Below are positions 37,789-48,161 of a stretch of DNA of 64,000 bases, one piece after another. Origin of the DNA: Bacillus subtilis subsp. subtilis str. 168. Lineage in GTDB: Bacteria > Bacillota > Bacilli > Bacillales > Bacillaceae. Under the pieces are notes generated by a model. The model saw only the letters and a program-made list of their open reading frames with translations. It searched no databases and was not told the DNA's origin. Every line of letters starts with the position of its first letter. The stretch's first letter is position 1. A program made the position numbers and the translations under genes. The stretch lies in assembly GCF_000009045.1 (NCBI RefSeq), contig NC_000964.3, positions 1,116,001-1,180,000 of the forward strand, read 5' to 3'.

Positions 37789-40473
37789 ATGAAACGCAGA
37801 AAATTCAGCTCGGTTGTGGCGGCAGTGCTTATTTTTGCACTGATTTTCAGCCTTTTTTCTCCGGGAACCAAAGCTGCAGCGGCCGGCGCGATCGATCAGG
37901 CGGCTGCTCTGGAAAACGGCAAAGAGCAGACAGGCGCCATGAAGGAGCCGGAACAGGTGAAATGGTACAAAGTGACCCCGGGAGCAACGGATATTCAGAA
38001 AAACTCACATATGGCACTGACCGTAAAGAGTGATTCAGTACTGAATGTATCTGTATATCCAAGTAAGGAAAAAGCGCTTAAAGATGAGACGTTTGAGATG
38101 TACCGTTCTTTCACAGCGGAGGATGGAAAAAGCGAAGTCATTTTTCCATACGCGTGGAGCGGCCCTTACTATGTAAAAGTTGAATACCTCGGAGAAGAAG
38201 AACCAGAGGACGGCGGAACGGCAGAAGCAGCTGCAGAAGCCAAGTATACGATTGGGTATAAAGGCACCAAAAAACAGCCGTCAGATTTAGAAGAGGAAGA
38301 AGCTTGTCCGGTTGAAATGAGTGTCGATCAGAAGAAATCAGGAAAAGGCATCCTGGATAAGTTGAGATCGATTCGTGATGAGCAGCTGAGCCAAACAGCA
38401 GAAGGCAAAGAACTGACAAGCCTTTATTACAAAGCAGCACCGTTTATCGTTGCAAAGCTCGCACTCAATAAAACAGCAAGAAATGAAATCTATCAGGATC
38501 TTGTGACATTAAAGCCGTTATTTGACGATGTGTCAGAAAACGGAGCATCATCTTCGTATAAGGTCACTGAAAAGGATCAAAAAGCGATCAACCGGCTATA
38601 TGATAAAGCTTTACAATCAGTCCCGTCATTCCTTAAAGAGGAGATAAAGAAACAAGCGGACCGACTAAATATGAAGCAGCTGCAAGGCAAAACAGCAGGA
38701 GCCATTTTAACAGAAAACAATATTGCAGCAAAAAGTGAAGTTCAGACAACAAAGGTTATTTTCAAGGTGAAGGACAATAAAAGCCTCTCATCCGTACATA
38801 ATGAAATGAAGGGCTTTTCTGCAAGCGCGCAATCGAAAAAAGACATATCTAATGTGAAAAAGGCAAAGAAACTGTTTGACAATCTGTATTCATTTGAACT
38901 TCCGAAAGACGAGAAACAGAACGGCGCATATACGGCAAGCGCCAAAAGGGTCAAAAGCGCTGCTGCGACACTATCCAAGATGTCCAATGTAGAGTTTGCG
39001 GAACCCGTACAGGAATACAAAAGCTTGGCAAACGATATTCAGTACCCTTATCAATGGCCGCTTAAAAACAACGGTGAAAACGGCGGTGTCAAAAATGCGG
39101 ATGTGAAATATGAGCCTGCCAACACATTGCTGTCCAAACGCAAGCTTAACGATACACTCATTGCAGTAGTAGACACAGGCGTAGACAGCACGCTTGCCGA
39201 TTTAAAAGGAAAAGTAAGAACAGATCTCGGACACAATTTTGTCGGACGAAATAACAATGCAATGGATGATCAGGGGCATGGGACGCATGTCGCAGGCATT
39301 ATTGCAGCCCAAAGCGATAACGGCTATTCAATGACTGGATTGAATGCCAAAGCAAAAATCATCCCTGTAAAAGTGCTTGATTCCGCAGGTTCCGGAGATA
39401 CTGAACAAATTGCTCTCGGCATCAAATATGCTGCTGACAAAGGAGCAAAGGTGATTAATTTAAGTTTAGGCGGAGGCTACAGCCGCGTGCTTGAATTTGC
39501 TTTGAAGTACGCAGCTGACAAAAATGTCTTGATTGCCGCAGCCAGCGGGAATGATGGAGAAAATGCCTTATCTTATCCTGCATCTTCTAAATATGTGATG
39601 TCAGTCGGCGCAACGAATCGCATGGATATGACCGCTGATTTCTCTAACTATGGAAAAGGTCTGGACATCTCTGCTCCAGGGTCTGATATCCCGAGCTTAG
39701 TGCCGAACGGAAATGTCACGTACATGAGCGGAACGTCTATGGCGACGCCATATGCTGCCGCCGCTGCGGGACTGCTGTTTGCTCAAAATCCTAAGCTAAA
39801 AAGAACAGAAGTTGAGGATATGTTGAAAAAGACGGCAGATGATATTTCCTTTGAAAGTGTCGATGGCGGAGAAGAAGAGTTGTATGACGATTATGGCGAT
39901 CCGATTGAAATTCCGAAGACACCTGGTGTAGACTGGCATTCAGGCTACGGGCGGCTGAATGTCATGAAGGCTGTCAGCGCAGCTGATTTACAGCTTAAGG
40001 TCAACAAGCTGGAAAGCACTCAAACAGCTGTCAGAGGAAGCGCGAAGGAAGGCACCCTTATCGAGGTGATGAACGGCAAAAAGAAACTCGGCAGCGCCAA
40101 AGCCGGAAAAGACAATGCGTTCAAGGTGAATATCGCGACTCAAAAACAGGATCAAGTACTGTATCTGAAAGCAACAAAAGGCGATGCGAAAACATCGTAT
40201 AAAGTTGTTGTCGTCAAAGGAAAACCTTCCGGCACACCGAAAGTAAACGCGGTGAAAACGAAGGATACGGCAGTAAAAGGGAAGGCAAACAGCAAAGCGA
40301 TGATCAGAGTGAAAAACAAATCAAAGAAAGTCATTGCTTCTGCCAAAGCTGACGCAAAAGGAACGTTTTCGGTGAAAATCAAAAAACAAAAAGCCGGAAC
40401 GGTGCTGTACGTCACGGCTGTGGATACAGATAAAAAAGAAAGCAAGGAAGCAAAAGTTGTTGTTGAAAAGTAA
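37789..40473 (+). CDS. wprA: Cell-wall-associated subtilisin-like protease WprA (894 aa)
   Basis: Signal peptide; S8 triad VVDTG, HGTHVAG, GTSMATP; two Lys-rich C-terminal repeats. Confidence 0.97.
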   Translation: MKRRKFSSVVAAVLIFALIFSLFSPGTKAAAAGAIDQAAALENGKEQTGAMKEPEQVKWYKVTPGATDIQKNSHMALTVKSDSVLNVSVYPSKEKALKDETFEMYRSFTAEDGKSEVIFPYAWSGPYYVKVEYLGEEEPEDGGTAEAAAEAKYTIGYKGTKKQPSDLEEEEACPVEMSVDQKKSGKGILDKLRSIRDEQLSQTAEGKELTSLYYKAAPFIVAKLALNKTARNEIYQDLVTLKPLFDDVSENGASSSYKVTEKDQKAINRLYDKALQSVPSFLKEEIKKQADRLNMKQLQGKTAGAILTENNIAAKSEVQTTKVIFKVKDNKSLSSVHNEMKGFSASAQSKKDISNVKKAKKLFDNLYSFELPKDEKQNGAYTASAKRVKSAAATLSKMSNVEFAEPVQEYKSLANDIQYPYQWPLKNNGENGGVKNADVKYEPANTLLSKRKLNDTLIAVVDTGVDSTLADLKGKVRTDLGHNFVGRNNNAMDDQGHGTHVAGIIAAQSDNGYSMTGLNAKAKIIPVKVLDSAGSGDTEQIALGIKYAADKGAKVINLSLGGGYSRVLEFALKYAADKNVLIAAASGNDGENALSYPASSKYVMSVGATNRMDMTADFSNYGKGLDISAPGSDIPSLVPNGNVTYMSGTSMATPYAAAAAGLLFAQNPKLKRTEVEDMLKKTADDISFESVDGGEEELYDDYGDPIEIPKTPGVDWHSGYGRLNVMKAVSAADLQLKVNKLESTQTAVRGSAKEGTLIEVMNGKKKLGSAKAGKDNAFKVNIATQKQDQVLYLKATKGDAKTSYKVVVVKGKPSGTPKVNAVKTKDTAVKGKANSKAMIRVKNKSKKVIASAKADAKGTFSVKIKKQKAGTVLYVTAVDTDKKESKEAKVVVEK

Positions 40474-40475
40474 CC

Positions 40476-40505
40476 AAAAAGCGGTGCTCGATGCACCGCT
40501 TTTTT
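40476..40505. terminator. Bidirectional terminator between wprA and yisN
   Basis: AAAAAGCGGTGC-TCGAT-GCACCGCTTTTT. Confidence 0.9.
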
Positions 40506-41091
40506 ATTTGCGCCCCCGTTGGACTGCTGTGTACATAATGGATCGCTTTCCGTTTGAAGCCGTCCATTCAAAACGGTCTCCTGTCCCTTCGCTGCTGTAG
40601 TTGTAGTGATGCTGCATCGCGCATTGTGCGGTGTCATTTGAAAAGTGATAAAAGGACACACCCTGCCCCGCCGAAGTATTCGAAAAGACTCCTTTATTAT
40701 AAGAAAAGACGCAATCGAATACCGATAAGCCGAAGCTGTGCAAGTGCTGCAGAAATGCGAGAAAGGTTTCGTCGTCAAGCGAATCCAAAAGCGCCATGAG
40801 CGGCCGCTTGACTGATTTCTCATAGCGGATGCGTTCTCCGCCGGAAAGGGAGATGTTTTCTGCACCGCATGCCAAAACCAACTTGTCCTGAAAGCCGGCT
40901 TGCTCCCACTTTCCTTTATGATGGATCCAGATTGGGCTGTGTTGGAGACTGTCCGCCAGCAGTATATCGCCTTCACCGTTTTCGATTAAGCAGATGCCGT
41001 CTTCAATGAGGATGGTGCCGTATTCCCACTTTCGTTCCTCTGTATATAACAATTGTTTCCGTTTCATCCATGCTGTCTCCTTTTTCTTCAT
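40504..41091 (-). CDS. yisN: Uncharacterised protein (DUF2777-like, 195 aa)
   Basis: MKKKET... after an AGAGGA RBS; gene order. Confidence 0.8.
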   Translation of the reverse strand: MKKKETAWMKRKQLLYTEERKWEYGTILIEDGICLIENGEGDILLADSLQHSPIWIHHKGKWEQAGFQDKLVLACGAENISLSGGERIRYEKSVKRPLMALLDSLDDETFLAFLQHLHSFGLSVFDCVFSYNKGVFSNTSAGQGVSFYHFSNDTAQCAMQHHYNYSSEGTGDRFEWTASNGKRSIMYTAVQRGRK

Positions 41092-41236
41092 TCCTCTCTT
41101 TTCTTTCCAATTCAAGCCTGTCCCATACAACTCTTTTATGGACAAATCAACTATCTGCCTATAGATGCATAAACTTACTAAGGTGCTGAAAGAAACGAAA
41201 TTGTTACGAAAGAAACGGGATTGGAGCTGATGTCAC

Positions 41237-43081
41237 ATGTGTGGAATTACGGGTTGGGTCGATTTTAAAAAGCAGCTCGTCCAGGAAAAACAAACGATGG
41301 ACAGAATGACAGACACTCTTTCCAAACGAGGGCCTGATGATTCAAACGTTTGGGGGGAGCACCATGTTTTATTCGGACATAAAAGACTTGCGGTTGTTGA
41401 TATTGAAGGCGGACGCCAGCCGATGGCGTGTACCTATAAAGGCGATACGTACACCATTATTTACAATGGCGAGCTTTATAACACGGAAGATTTGCGCAAA
41501 GAATTGCGGGCGCGGGGCCATCAATTCGAGCGTACGTCAGATACCGAGGTGCTTCTGCACAGCTACATCGAGTGGCAGGAAGACTGTGTCGACCATCTCA
41601 ATGGCATATTCGCTTTCGCTGTGTGGGATGAAAAGCGTAATCTGTTGTTTGCCGCGAGAGACCGTCTCGGTGTAAAGCCGTTTTTTTACACGAAGGAAGG
41701 CTCTTCATTTCTCTTCGGGTCGGAAATCAAAGCAATCCTCGCGCACCCTGATATAAAAGCGCGAGTGGACAGAACGGGACTTTCTGAAATTTTCGGTCTT
41801 GGACCGTCCAGAACCCCGGGCACTGGCATATTTAAAGGCATAAAAGAAATCCGCCCGGCTCACGCGCTGACATTTTCCAAAGACGGACTTAATATTTGGC
41901 GTTATTGGAATGTTGAAAGCGAAAAACATACGGACAGTTTTGATGACACGGTTGCCAATGTCAGATCGTTATTTCAGGACGCGGTGACGCGGCAGCTTGT
42001 GTCGGATGTGCCTGTTTGCACATTCCTATCAGGCGGTCTGGACTCAAGCGCGATTACAGCGATTGCGGCGGGCCATTTTGAAAAGGAAGGAAAAGCACCG
42101 CTTCATACTTATTCGATTGATTACGAAGAGAACGATAAATATTTTCAAGCAAGCGCTTTTCAGCCGAATGATGACGGACCATGGATTGAAAAAATGACAG
42201 AGGCTTTCGGCACAACGCACCACAAATGCGTCATCAGCCAAAAAGACCTCGTTGATCATTTGGAGGAAGCTGTACTGGTCAAAGACTTGCCGGGAATGGC
42301 AGATGTCGACTCATCCCTGCTGTGGTTTTGCCGGGAAATCAAAAAGGACTTTGTCGTCAGCCTATCGGGAGAATGCGCGGATGAGATTTTCGGCGGGTAC
42401 CCGTGGTTCCATACGGCAGATGTTGAGTCTGGCTTTCCATGGATGAGATCAACGGAGGAGCGGATCAAGCTGCTTTCTGACTCATGGCAGAAAAAATTGA
42501 ATCTGAAAGAATACGTAAATGCCAAATATGAAGAAACCTTGGCAGAAACGCCATTATTAGACGGAGAAACGGGTGTGGATAAAGCAAGAAGACAGCTGTT
42601 CTATTTAAATATGCTTTGGTTTATGACGAACCTTTTGGATCGGAAGGATCGCATGAGCATGGGGGCGAGCCTGGAAGTGCGGGTGCCGTTCGCCGATCAC
42701 CGGCTTGTGGAATATGTTTGGAATATTCCGTGGGAAATGAAAATGCATGATAATCGGGAAAAAGGCATTTTGCGCAAAGCGCTTGAGGGCATTTTGCCTG
42801 ATGACATTTTGTATCGCAAAAAAAGCCCATATCCGAAAACACATCATCCGGAATATACAAAAGGCGTCAGCGAGTGGCTGAAAACGATCAGAAGCCAAAA
42901 GGACTCCGTGCTCCATACCTTACTGGACAGAAAACAATTAGATCAGCTTTTAGAAACGGAAGGCTCCTCCTTCAAGGTCCCGTGGTTCGGGCAGCTCATG
43001 AAGGGGCCTCAGCTGATCGCCCATCTTGCTCAAATTCATACATGGTTTGAAGCGTATCGCATTGATATTGACGAGAGGTAG
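41237..43081 (+). CDS. asnO: Asparagine synthetase (glutamine-hydrolysing), sporulation isoenzyme
   Basis: N-terminal MCGI nucleophile, LSGGLDSS, SGECADEIFGGY, EVRVPF. Confidence 0.96.
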   Translation: MCGITGWVDFKKQLVQEKQTMDRMTDTLSKRGPDDSNVWGEHHVLFGHKRLAVVDIEGGRQPMACTYKGDTYTIIYNGELYNTEDLRKELRARGHQFERTSDTEVLLHSYIEWQEDCVDHLNGIFAFAVWDEKRNLLFAARDRLGVKPFFYTKEGSSFLFGSEIKAILAHPDIKARVDRTGLSEIFGLGPSRTPGTGIFKGIKEIRPAHALTFSKDGLNIWRYWNVESEKHTDSFDDTVANVRSLFQDAVTRQLVSDVPVCTFLSGGLDSSAITAIAAGHFEKEGKAPLHTYSIDYEENDKYFQASAFQPNDDGPWIEKMTEAFGTTHHKCVISQKDLVDHLEEAVLVKDLPGMADVDSSLLWFCREIKKDFVVSLSGECADEIFGGYPWFHTADVESGFPWMRSTEERIKLLSDSWQKKLNLKEYVNAKYEETLAETPLLDGETGVDKARRQLFYLNMLWFMTNLLDRKDRMSMGASLEVRVPFADHRLVEYVWNIPWEMKMHDNREKGILRKALEGILPDDILYRKKSPYPKTHHPEYTKGVSEWLKTIRSQKDSVLHTLLDRKQLDQLLETEGSSFKVPWFGQLMKGPQLIAHLAQIHTWFEAYRIDIDER

Positions 43082-43130
43082 GTTCAATACAAATGTGATT
43101 AAAAGCCAGAGATGTATAGATTTAAATAAG

Positions 43131-43175
43131 AAGGATAGATGAGCAGGGAAATATATGCTCTATCTATCCTTTTTT
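43131..43175. terminator. Long hairpin terminator between asnO and yizA
   Basis: AAGGATAGATGAGCA-N10-TGCTC(T)ATCTATCCTT followed by a T-tract. Confidence 0.85.
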
Positions 43176-43210
43176 GTACAACAGCACTATCGAATTGCCC
43201 CCGCATTCCT

Positions 43211-43690
43211 TCAATAAGAATGAATAGGTTTTAATGTTCTGCCGATAAAACTAGCTGATACCGGGCTTAACTTTAATTCCCTAGCCCATACAGAAAGTTG
43301 ACCAATATGGTGAATTTCGTGAGCGATGATATGGTGTAATATTTCATCTCGCGTATATAAAACACCTGTCTCCCAAGGAACGCTTACAAGTTCATCTTTT
43401 ATTTGATCTGAATGTGTTTGTAAAACATCAATTATTTCAGTTCGGAATGTATTTGAGAGAGATTTCACTTTATTGAGTGTTTGATAATCAGCGAACTGAA
43501 CAGCGATATCTTCTTTTCCTTGGATAGCACGAATCCAACTATATTCCACATCAATAATATGAAAAAGGGTATATAAAATATTCTCTACTCCGCCAAGACG
43601 ATTTTTAAGTAATTCTTCAGTGGTTAGTTGATGACACCAAGTAAACCATTGATCTCTAACCTGCCAGTTATATTCAAAAAATTTCATCAC
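43211..43690 (-). CDS. yizA: DinB/YfiT-family protein (putative bacillithiol S-transferase)
   Basis: YNWQVR, HIIDVE, HIIAHEIHHIGQ metal-binding His pattern. Start GTG at 43690 or ATG at 43687. Confidence 0.87.
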   Translation of the reverse strand: MMKFFEYNWQVRDQWFTWCHQLTTEELLKNRLGGVENILYTLFHIIDVEYSWIRAIQGKEDIAVQFADYQTLNKVKSLSNTFRTEIIDVLQTHSDQIKDELVSVPWETGVLYTRDEILHHIIAHEIHHIGQLSVWARELKLSPVSASFIGRTLKPIHSY

Positions 43691-43942
43691 TAAACTCACT
43701 CCAATACTATCATGTATCATAACAATTAGCCCTTTTTTCCGTGATTCCTCTATTAATGAAGTGATGATTGAGAAATGTTTACATTCTACCTGTTGTATGG
43801 CATTAAAAATAATAATGCATATCTCGTCGATGATGCTGTGCGTCTTGTTACTTTTACAAAGTAAGAATCGGCATTTTCTTCATATACAATTAGGAAAAAA
43901 CATACTAGACTTGAAGAAGCAGTGATACATAGGAGTGAGAAA

Positions 43943-44746
43943 ATGAAAGAGATAAAAGAAGCTTACCAGCAATGCGGACAGATTGTTGGCGAATACGCGC
44001 CAGCCTGTTTCAAAGCATTATCATATCTCCCGCTAAAGCAAAGACAAGCCTCTTGGGCAGTATTGTCGTTTTGCCACACGGCGGCCAGTGCAGACGAAAA
44101 GGTATTGCCCGCATTTGAAGCTAAAGCTGATCATGTTTACCAAAGGACAAATAACGGTAAACAACATCTATGGAAGGCTTTTGATCATGCGTATCGGACC
44201 TTTACATTGGAAAGCGAACCTTTTCGGGAGTTTATTGCCGCACAAAAAGAAGACGCCAAGCCGTATGATGACCTTGATGAACTGCTCATGTACGCATATC
44301 GGACGGGCGGTGCTGCCGGATTGATGCTGCTGCCGATACTGACACGCCGAAAACAAGATCAGCTCAAACAAGCAGCCGTCTCTCTCGGCTTGGCCATACA
44401 GCTGGTTCGCTTCTTAAGTGATCTTGGCACAGATCAGCAAAAAAACCGCATTCCCCGTCAGGTAATGCAGCAATTCGGCTATACAGAGGCTGATCTCCAA
44501 AAAGGCACCGTAAATAAAGCGTTCACAATGACGTGGGAGTATATCGCTTTTGAAGCAGAAGCCTACCTTGAAGAGTGTCAGGATGCCTTGCCGCTATTTC
44601 CGCAGTATTCTCAAAAAACGGTGAAAGCCGCTCTTCATTTGCACCGGGCTGTTTTAGAAAAAATCCGGGCGAAGCAGCACGATGTATTTCAATATCACTT
44701 CGCTCTCACAGAGACCGAAGTGAAGCAGATTCTGTCTGATATCTAA
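43943..44746 (+). CDS. yisP: Squalene/phytoene-synthase-fold protein (farnesyl-diphosphate phosphatase)
   Basis: CrtM-like blocks (Y..L...R.A.WA, EL..Y.Y...G..G, LG.A.QL). AGGAGTG RBS; alternative start at 43922. Confidence 0.88.
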   Translation: MKEIKEAYQQCGQIVGEYAPACFKALSYLPLKQRQASWAVLSFCHTAASADEKVLPAFEAKADHVYQRTNNGKQHLWKAFDHAYRTFTLESEPFREFIAAQKEDAKPYDDLDELLMYAYRTGGAAGLMLLPILTRRKQDQLKQAAVSLGLAIQLVRFLSDLGTDQQKNRIPRQVMQQFGYTEADLQKGTVNKAFTMTWEYIAFEAEAYLEECQDALPLFPQYSQKTVKAALHLHRAVLEKIRAKQHDVFQYHFALTETEVKQILSDI

Positions 44747-44778
44747 AAAACACCCGGCCTTGATTGAGCCGGGTGTTA
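44745..44778. terminator. Terminator between yisP and yisQ
   Basis: AACACCCGGC-N9-GCCGGGTGTT. Confidence 0.8.
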
Positions 44779-46143
44779 CGCCATACCTTTTTGAATCCAG
44801 ATACGTGAGCGCCATCTTCTGTACATTAAGATTCCCCGGACCCATTCATCCGCGATAAAAGAAATCCAAATGCCGGCAAGACCGAAACCGAGGTGGATGC
44901 CGAAAAGATAAGCAAGCGGGAGGCCAATGCCCCACATTGAAATCATTGCCATGTAAACCGGGAATTTCGCATCCCCCGCGGCCCGCAGAGAGTTAATGAT
45001 AATGACATTAAACGAGCGGCCTGGTTCAAGGATAATGGTCATGGCAATCAATAGGCTTGCAGTTGCTATAATGTCAGGGCTTTGTGTGAAGAGTCCGATC
45101 AGGTCTTTTGAAAAGATCGTCATCAAAACAGAGGTAGCCGCAGCAATTCCGAGTGCCCAATATAAGCTCTTCATGCAGCGCTCATAAGCGGCATCAAATT
45201 GTTTGCCGCCGATATAACGGCCGATTAAGATTTGTGTACCCTGGCTGATCGCAGTGCCGAACAGCAAAATAAACATCGTAATATTTTGCGTATACACTTT
45301 TGTTGTCAACGCCTGCGCGCCCATGATGGCGATAAAATACGTGACTATCATTTGCGACAGGTTGTATGAAAGCTGCTCTCCCGCAGAAGGAATGCCGATT
45401 TTCAGCAGCTTGCGCAAATGCTCTTTATGCATATGAAAGACTTTTTTCAGCGACATCTTCAGCTGGATGCGTTTGTTGACAATCACAATCATCGCGATTA
45501 ATCCGATGACGCGGGCGATAGATGTGGACATGGCCACACCGGCAACACCGAGAACAGGAAAGCCGAACAAACCGAAAATCACAACAAAGTTTCCGGCAAT
45601 GTTTAAAATGTTCATGCCGATAGTGACAAACATTGTATCTTTTGTGTAGCCGTAGCTTTTTAAGATCGCGCTGAATGTCATGATTAAAGCCTGAATAAAG
45701 GACAGACCTCCGACAACTTGTAAAAAGACTTTCGCATCAGGCATCAGTGCGTCTGATAATCCCATCATATGAAGCAGAGGGACAGCCGCGAAAAAGACGA
45801 CGGCGCTGATGGCCAGGCTGATGAAGAAGTTGGCGCCGATTGACACATAAGCGACTTCCATGGCTTCTTTCTTTTGCCGTGAGCCTAGAAATTGTGAAAT
45901 GATAACGGTCGTTCCTGTTGCGATAAAGCTGAACATCACGATAATTAAATTTAAAATCTGGTTGCTGACGCCGACTGCTGCCACGCTGTTATCCGAGTAT
46001 TGGCTGAGCATCAGTGTATCGGCATTACCCATAAACATATATAATGAGACCTCAATAAAGATCGGCCAAGTAAGCGAAAATAATGAGAACGTTTTGTCAG
46101 CGGGTTTTTTCAAAGCAGTTGATTTGAAGACAGCTTGTTTCAT
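44776..46143 (-). CDS. yisQ: MATE-family efflux transporter
   Basis: 12 TM; D..M.......AAVG N-lobe; LKIGIP; internal duplication. Confidence 0.92.
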   Translation of the reverse strand: MKQAVFKSTALKKPADKTFSLFSLTWPIFIEVSLYMFMGNADTLMLSQYSDNSVAAVGVSNQILNLIIVMFSFIATGTTVIISQFLGSRQKKEAMEVAYVSIGANFFISLAISAVVFFAAVPLLHMMGLSDALMPDAKVFLQVVGGLSFIQALIMTFSAILKSYGYTKDTMFVTIGMNILNIAGNFVVIFGLFGFPVLGVAGVAMSTSIARVIGLIAMIVIVNKRIQLKMSLKKVFHMHKEHLRKLLKIGIPSAGEQLSYNLSQMIVTYFIAIMGAQALTTKVYTQNITMFILLFGTAISQGTQILIGRYIGGKQFDAAYERCMKSLYWALGIAAATSVLMTIFSKDLIGLFTQSPDIIATASLLIAMTIILEPGRSFNVIIINSLRAAGDAKFPVYMAMISMWGIGLPLAYLFGIHLGFGLAGIWISFIADEWVRGILMYRRWRSRIWIQKGMA

Positions 46144-46266
46144 CGTGTCTAACCCCTTTCGTAAATAAAATCAACGTTTTAAAGTGTACCTCCATTTCCT
46201 TATAATAAAAAGGGATAGAAACGATACTTCTTGTAAAAATCCGACTTAAAAAGGAGGATGATTCAA

Positions 46267-47130
46267 ATGCCTCGCATCCTGTTTACAGTCCCGCCTTTTC
46301 CGGTATTTATCGCAGCTGGGGAAGGGGTTTTTAAAAAAGGAGAAACCCATGTGAAACGTGTATTCTCCGTGTTTGATCTGATATATGTCAAACAGGGAAC
46401 GTTATATATAACGGAAAATGAAACATCGTTTTCTGTTGAAGGCGGCGAGTACATCTTGCTTTCTCCCGGTCTTGAACACTACGGGACGAAGGGCAGTGAT
46501 GAAGCAACCTCCTACTATTGGCTTCACTTCGATGAACATCGATATGAATTTACGGCAAAGGGAGGCAGCAACTGGTCTGAGCTTCAGCAGGAAAAAGGGA
46601 GCTTCGAAGAGCTGGCCCGCTACGGATTGGCCTTGCCGAGAAAAGGCAAGGTGCAGCGCCCGCAGTTTATGGCGCAGCAGTTTGAAAAGCTGATCGATTA
46701 CTCCGCGGAAAACTCTGATTTGCCGCTCAGAAAGCAAATTTTATTTGAGGAGCTGATGCTGCATCTTCAAAAAGAAGCGTTCCAAATACCGTCTGCGAAA
46801 GAGCGGGTAGCCTGGGAGGCGGCCCGGTATTTACAGGAGCACTATAAGGAAAAGACGACAATCAAGGATCTGTCGCTCGCCCTTCACTATCATCAGGATT
46901 ATGTGAGCCGCTGCATGCAGCAGGTGCTCGGCGTAACTCCGGCACAATACACGAACCGGGTGAGAATGACGGAAGCGAAGCGTCTTTTATCCTCTACAAA
47001 TGATAAAATGGGCGTTATTGCGGAAACGGTCGGAATGGAAGATCCGACATACTTTTCAAAACTCTTTAAGCAGATAGAAGGCATTTCACCAATTGAATAC
47101 CGGAAAATTGTCAGCCGGAAAGTTCAATAA
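46267..47130 (+). CDS. yisR: AraC-family transcriptional regulator
   Basis: Cupin N-domain plus C-terminal AETVG.ED..YFSK.FK..G.SP..YR. AAAGGAGG RBS 9 nt before 46267. Confidence 0.92.
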   Translation: MPRILFTVPPFPVFIAAGEGVFKKGETHVKRVFSVFDLIYVKQGTLYITENETSFSVEGGEYILLSPGLEHYGTKGSDEATSYYWLHFDEHRYEFTAKGGSNWSELQQEKGSFEELARYGLALPRKGKVQRPQFMAQQFEKLIDYSAENSDLPLRKQILFEELMLHLQKEAFQIPSAKERVAWEAARYLQEHYKEKTTIKDLSLALHYHQDYVSRCMQQVLGVTPAQYTNRVRMTEAKRLLSSTNDKMGVIAETVGMEDPTYFSKLFKQIEGISPIEYRKIVSRKVQ

Positions 47131-47147
47131 CCAGACGAGGGATGAAC

Positions 47148-48161
47148 ATGAAAACAACAATTTACGATGTGGCAAAGGCGGCGGGTGTTTCGATCACAAC
47201 TGTGTCCCGTGTGATAAACAATACGGGGAGAATCAGCGATAAAACACGGCAGAAGGTCATGAATGTCATGAATGAAATGGCATACACGCCCAATGTCCAC
47301 GCCGCGGCGTTAACGGGAAAACGAACGAATATGATCGCTCTCGTGGCGCCTGATATTTCAAATCCGTTTTACGGCGAACTGGCCAAAAGCATTGAGGAAA
47401 GAGCGGATGAGCTCGGTTTTCAAATGTTGATTTGCAGCACCGATTACGATCCGAAAAAAGAAACAAAGTATTTTTCTGTGCTGAAACAGAAAAAGGTGGA
47501 TGGCATTATTTTTGCAACAGGGATTGAAAGCCATGACAGTATGTCTGCTTTGGAGGAAATCGCCAGTGAACAAATTCCGATTGCCATGATTTCTCAGGAT
47601 AAGCCGCTTCTTCCGATGGATATTGTTGTGATAGACGACGTTCGTGGCGGATATGAGGCTGCCAAGCATCTTCTGTCACTCGGCCACACGAACATCGCCT
47701 GCATTATCGGAGACGGGTCAACGACAGGCGAAAAAAATAGAATCAAAGGCTTCCGTCAGGCGATGGAGGAAGCGGGCGTGCCCATTGATGAATCACTTAT
47801 CATCCAGACGCGGTTTTCCTTGGAAAGCGGCAAGGAAGAAGCGGGAAAATTGCTCGACAGAAATGCTCCGACTGCTATTTTTGCCTTCAACGACGTATTG
47901 GCTTGTGCCGCCATACAAGCTGCGAGAATAAGAGGCATAAAAGTGCCGGATGATCTTTCTATCATTGGTTTTGATAATACGATACTCGCAGAAATGGCGG
48001 CTCCGCCCCTGACAACCGTAGCCCAGCCGATAAAAGAGATGGGGCGGAGCGTCATCGAACTGCTGGCAGAAGCAATAGAGGGAAAACGAAAGGCGAAACA
48101 AAAAATAGTGCTCCCGCCTGAGCTTGTAGTCAGACATTCTACATCACCGCTCAACACATGA
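47148..48161 (+). CDS. iolQ: LacI-family repressor IolQ (DegA)
   Basis: TIYDVAKAAGVSITTVSRVIN HTH; lies upstream of iolX. Confidence 0.92.
   Translation: MKTTIYDVAKAAGVSITTVSRVINNTGRISDKTRQKVMNVMNEMAYTPNVHAAALTGKRTNMIALVAPDISNPFYGELAKSIEERADELGFQMLICSTDYDPKKETKYFSVLKQKKVDGIIFATGIESHDSMSALEEIASEQIPIAMISQDKPLLPMDIVVIDDVRGGYEAAKHLLSLGHTNIACIIGDGSTTGEKNRIKGFRQAMEEAGVPIDESLIIQTRFSLESGKEEAGKLLDRNAPTAIFAFNDVLACAAIQAARIRGIKVPDDLSIIGFDNTILAEMAAPPLTTVAQPIKEMGRSVIELLAEAIEGKRKAKQKIVLPPELVVRHSTSPLNT

Noticed and set aside
40152-40976. 274-aa plus-strand ORF spanning the wprA end and yisN
   Set aside because: Crosses a strong bidirectional terminator and overlaps two real genes.
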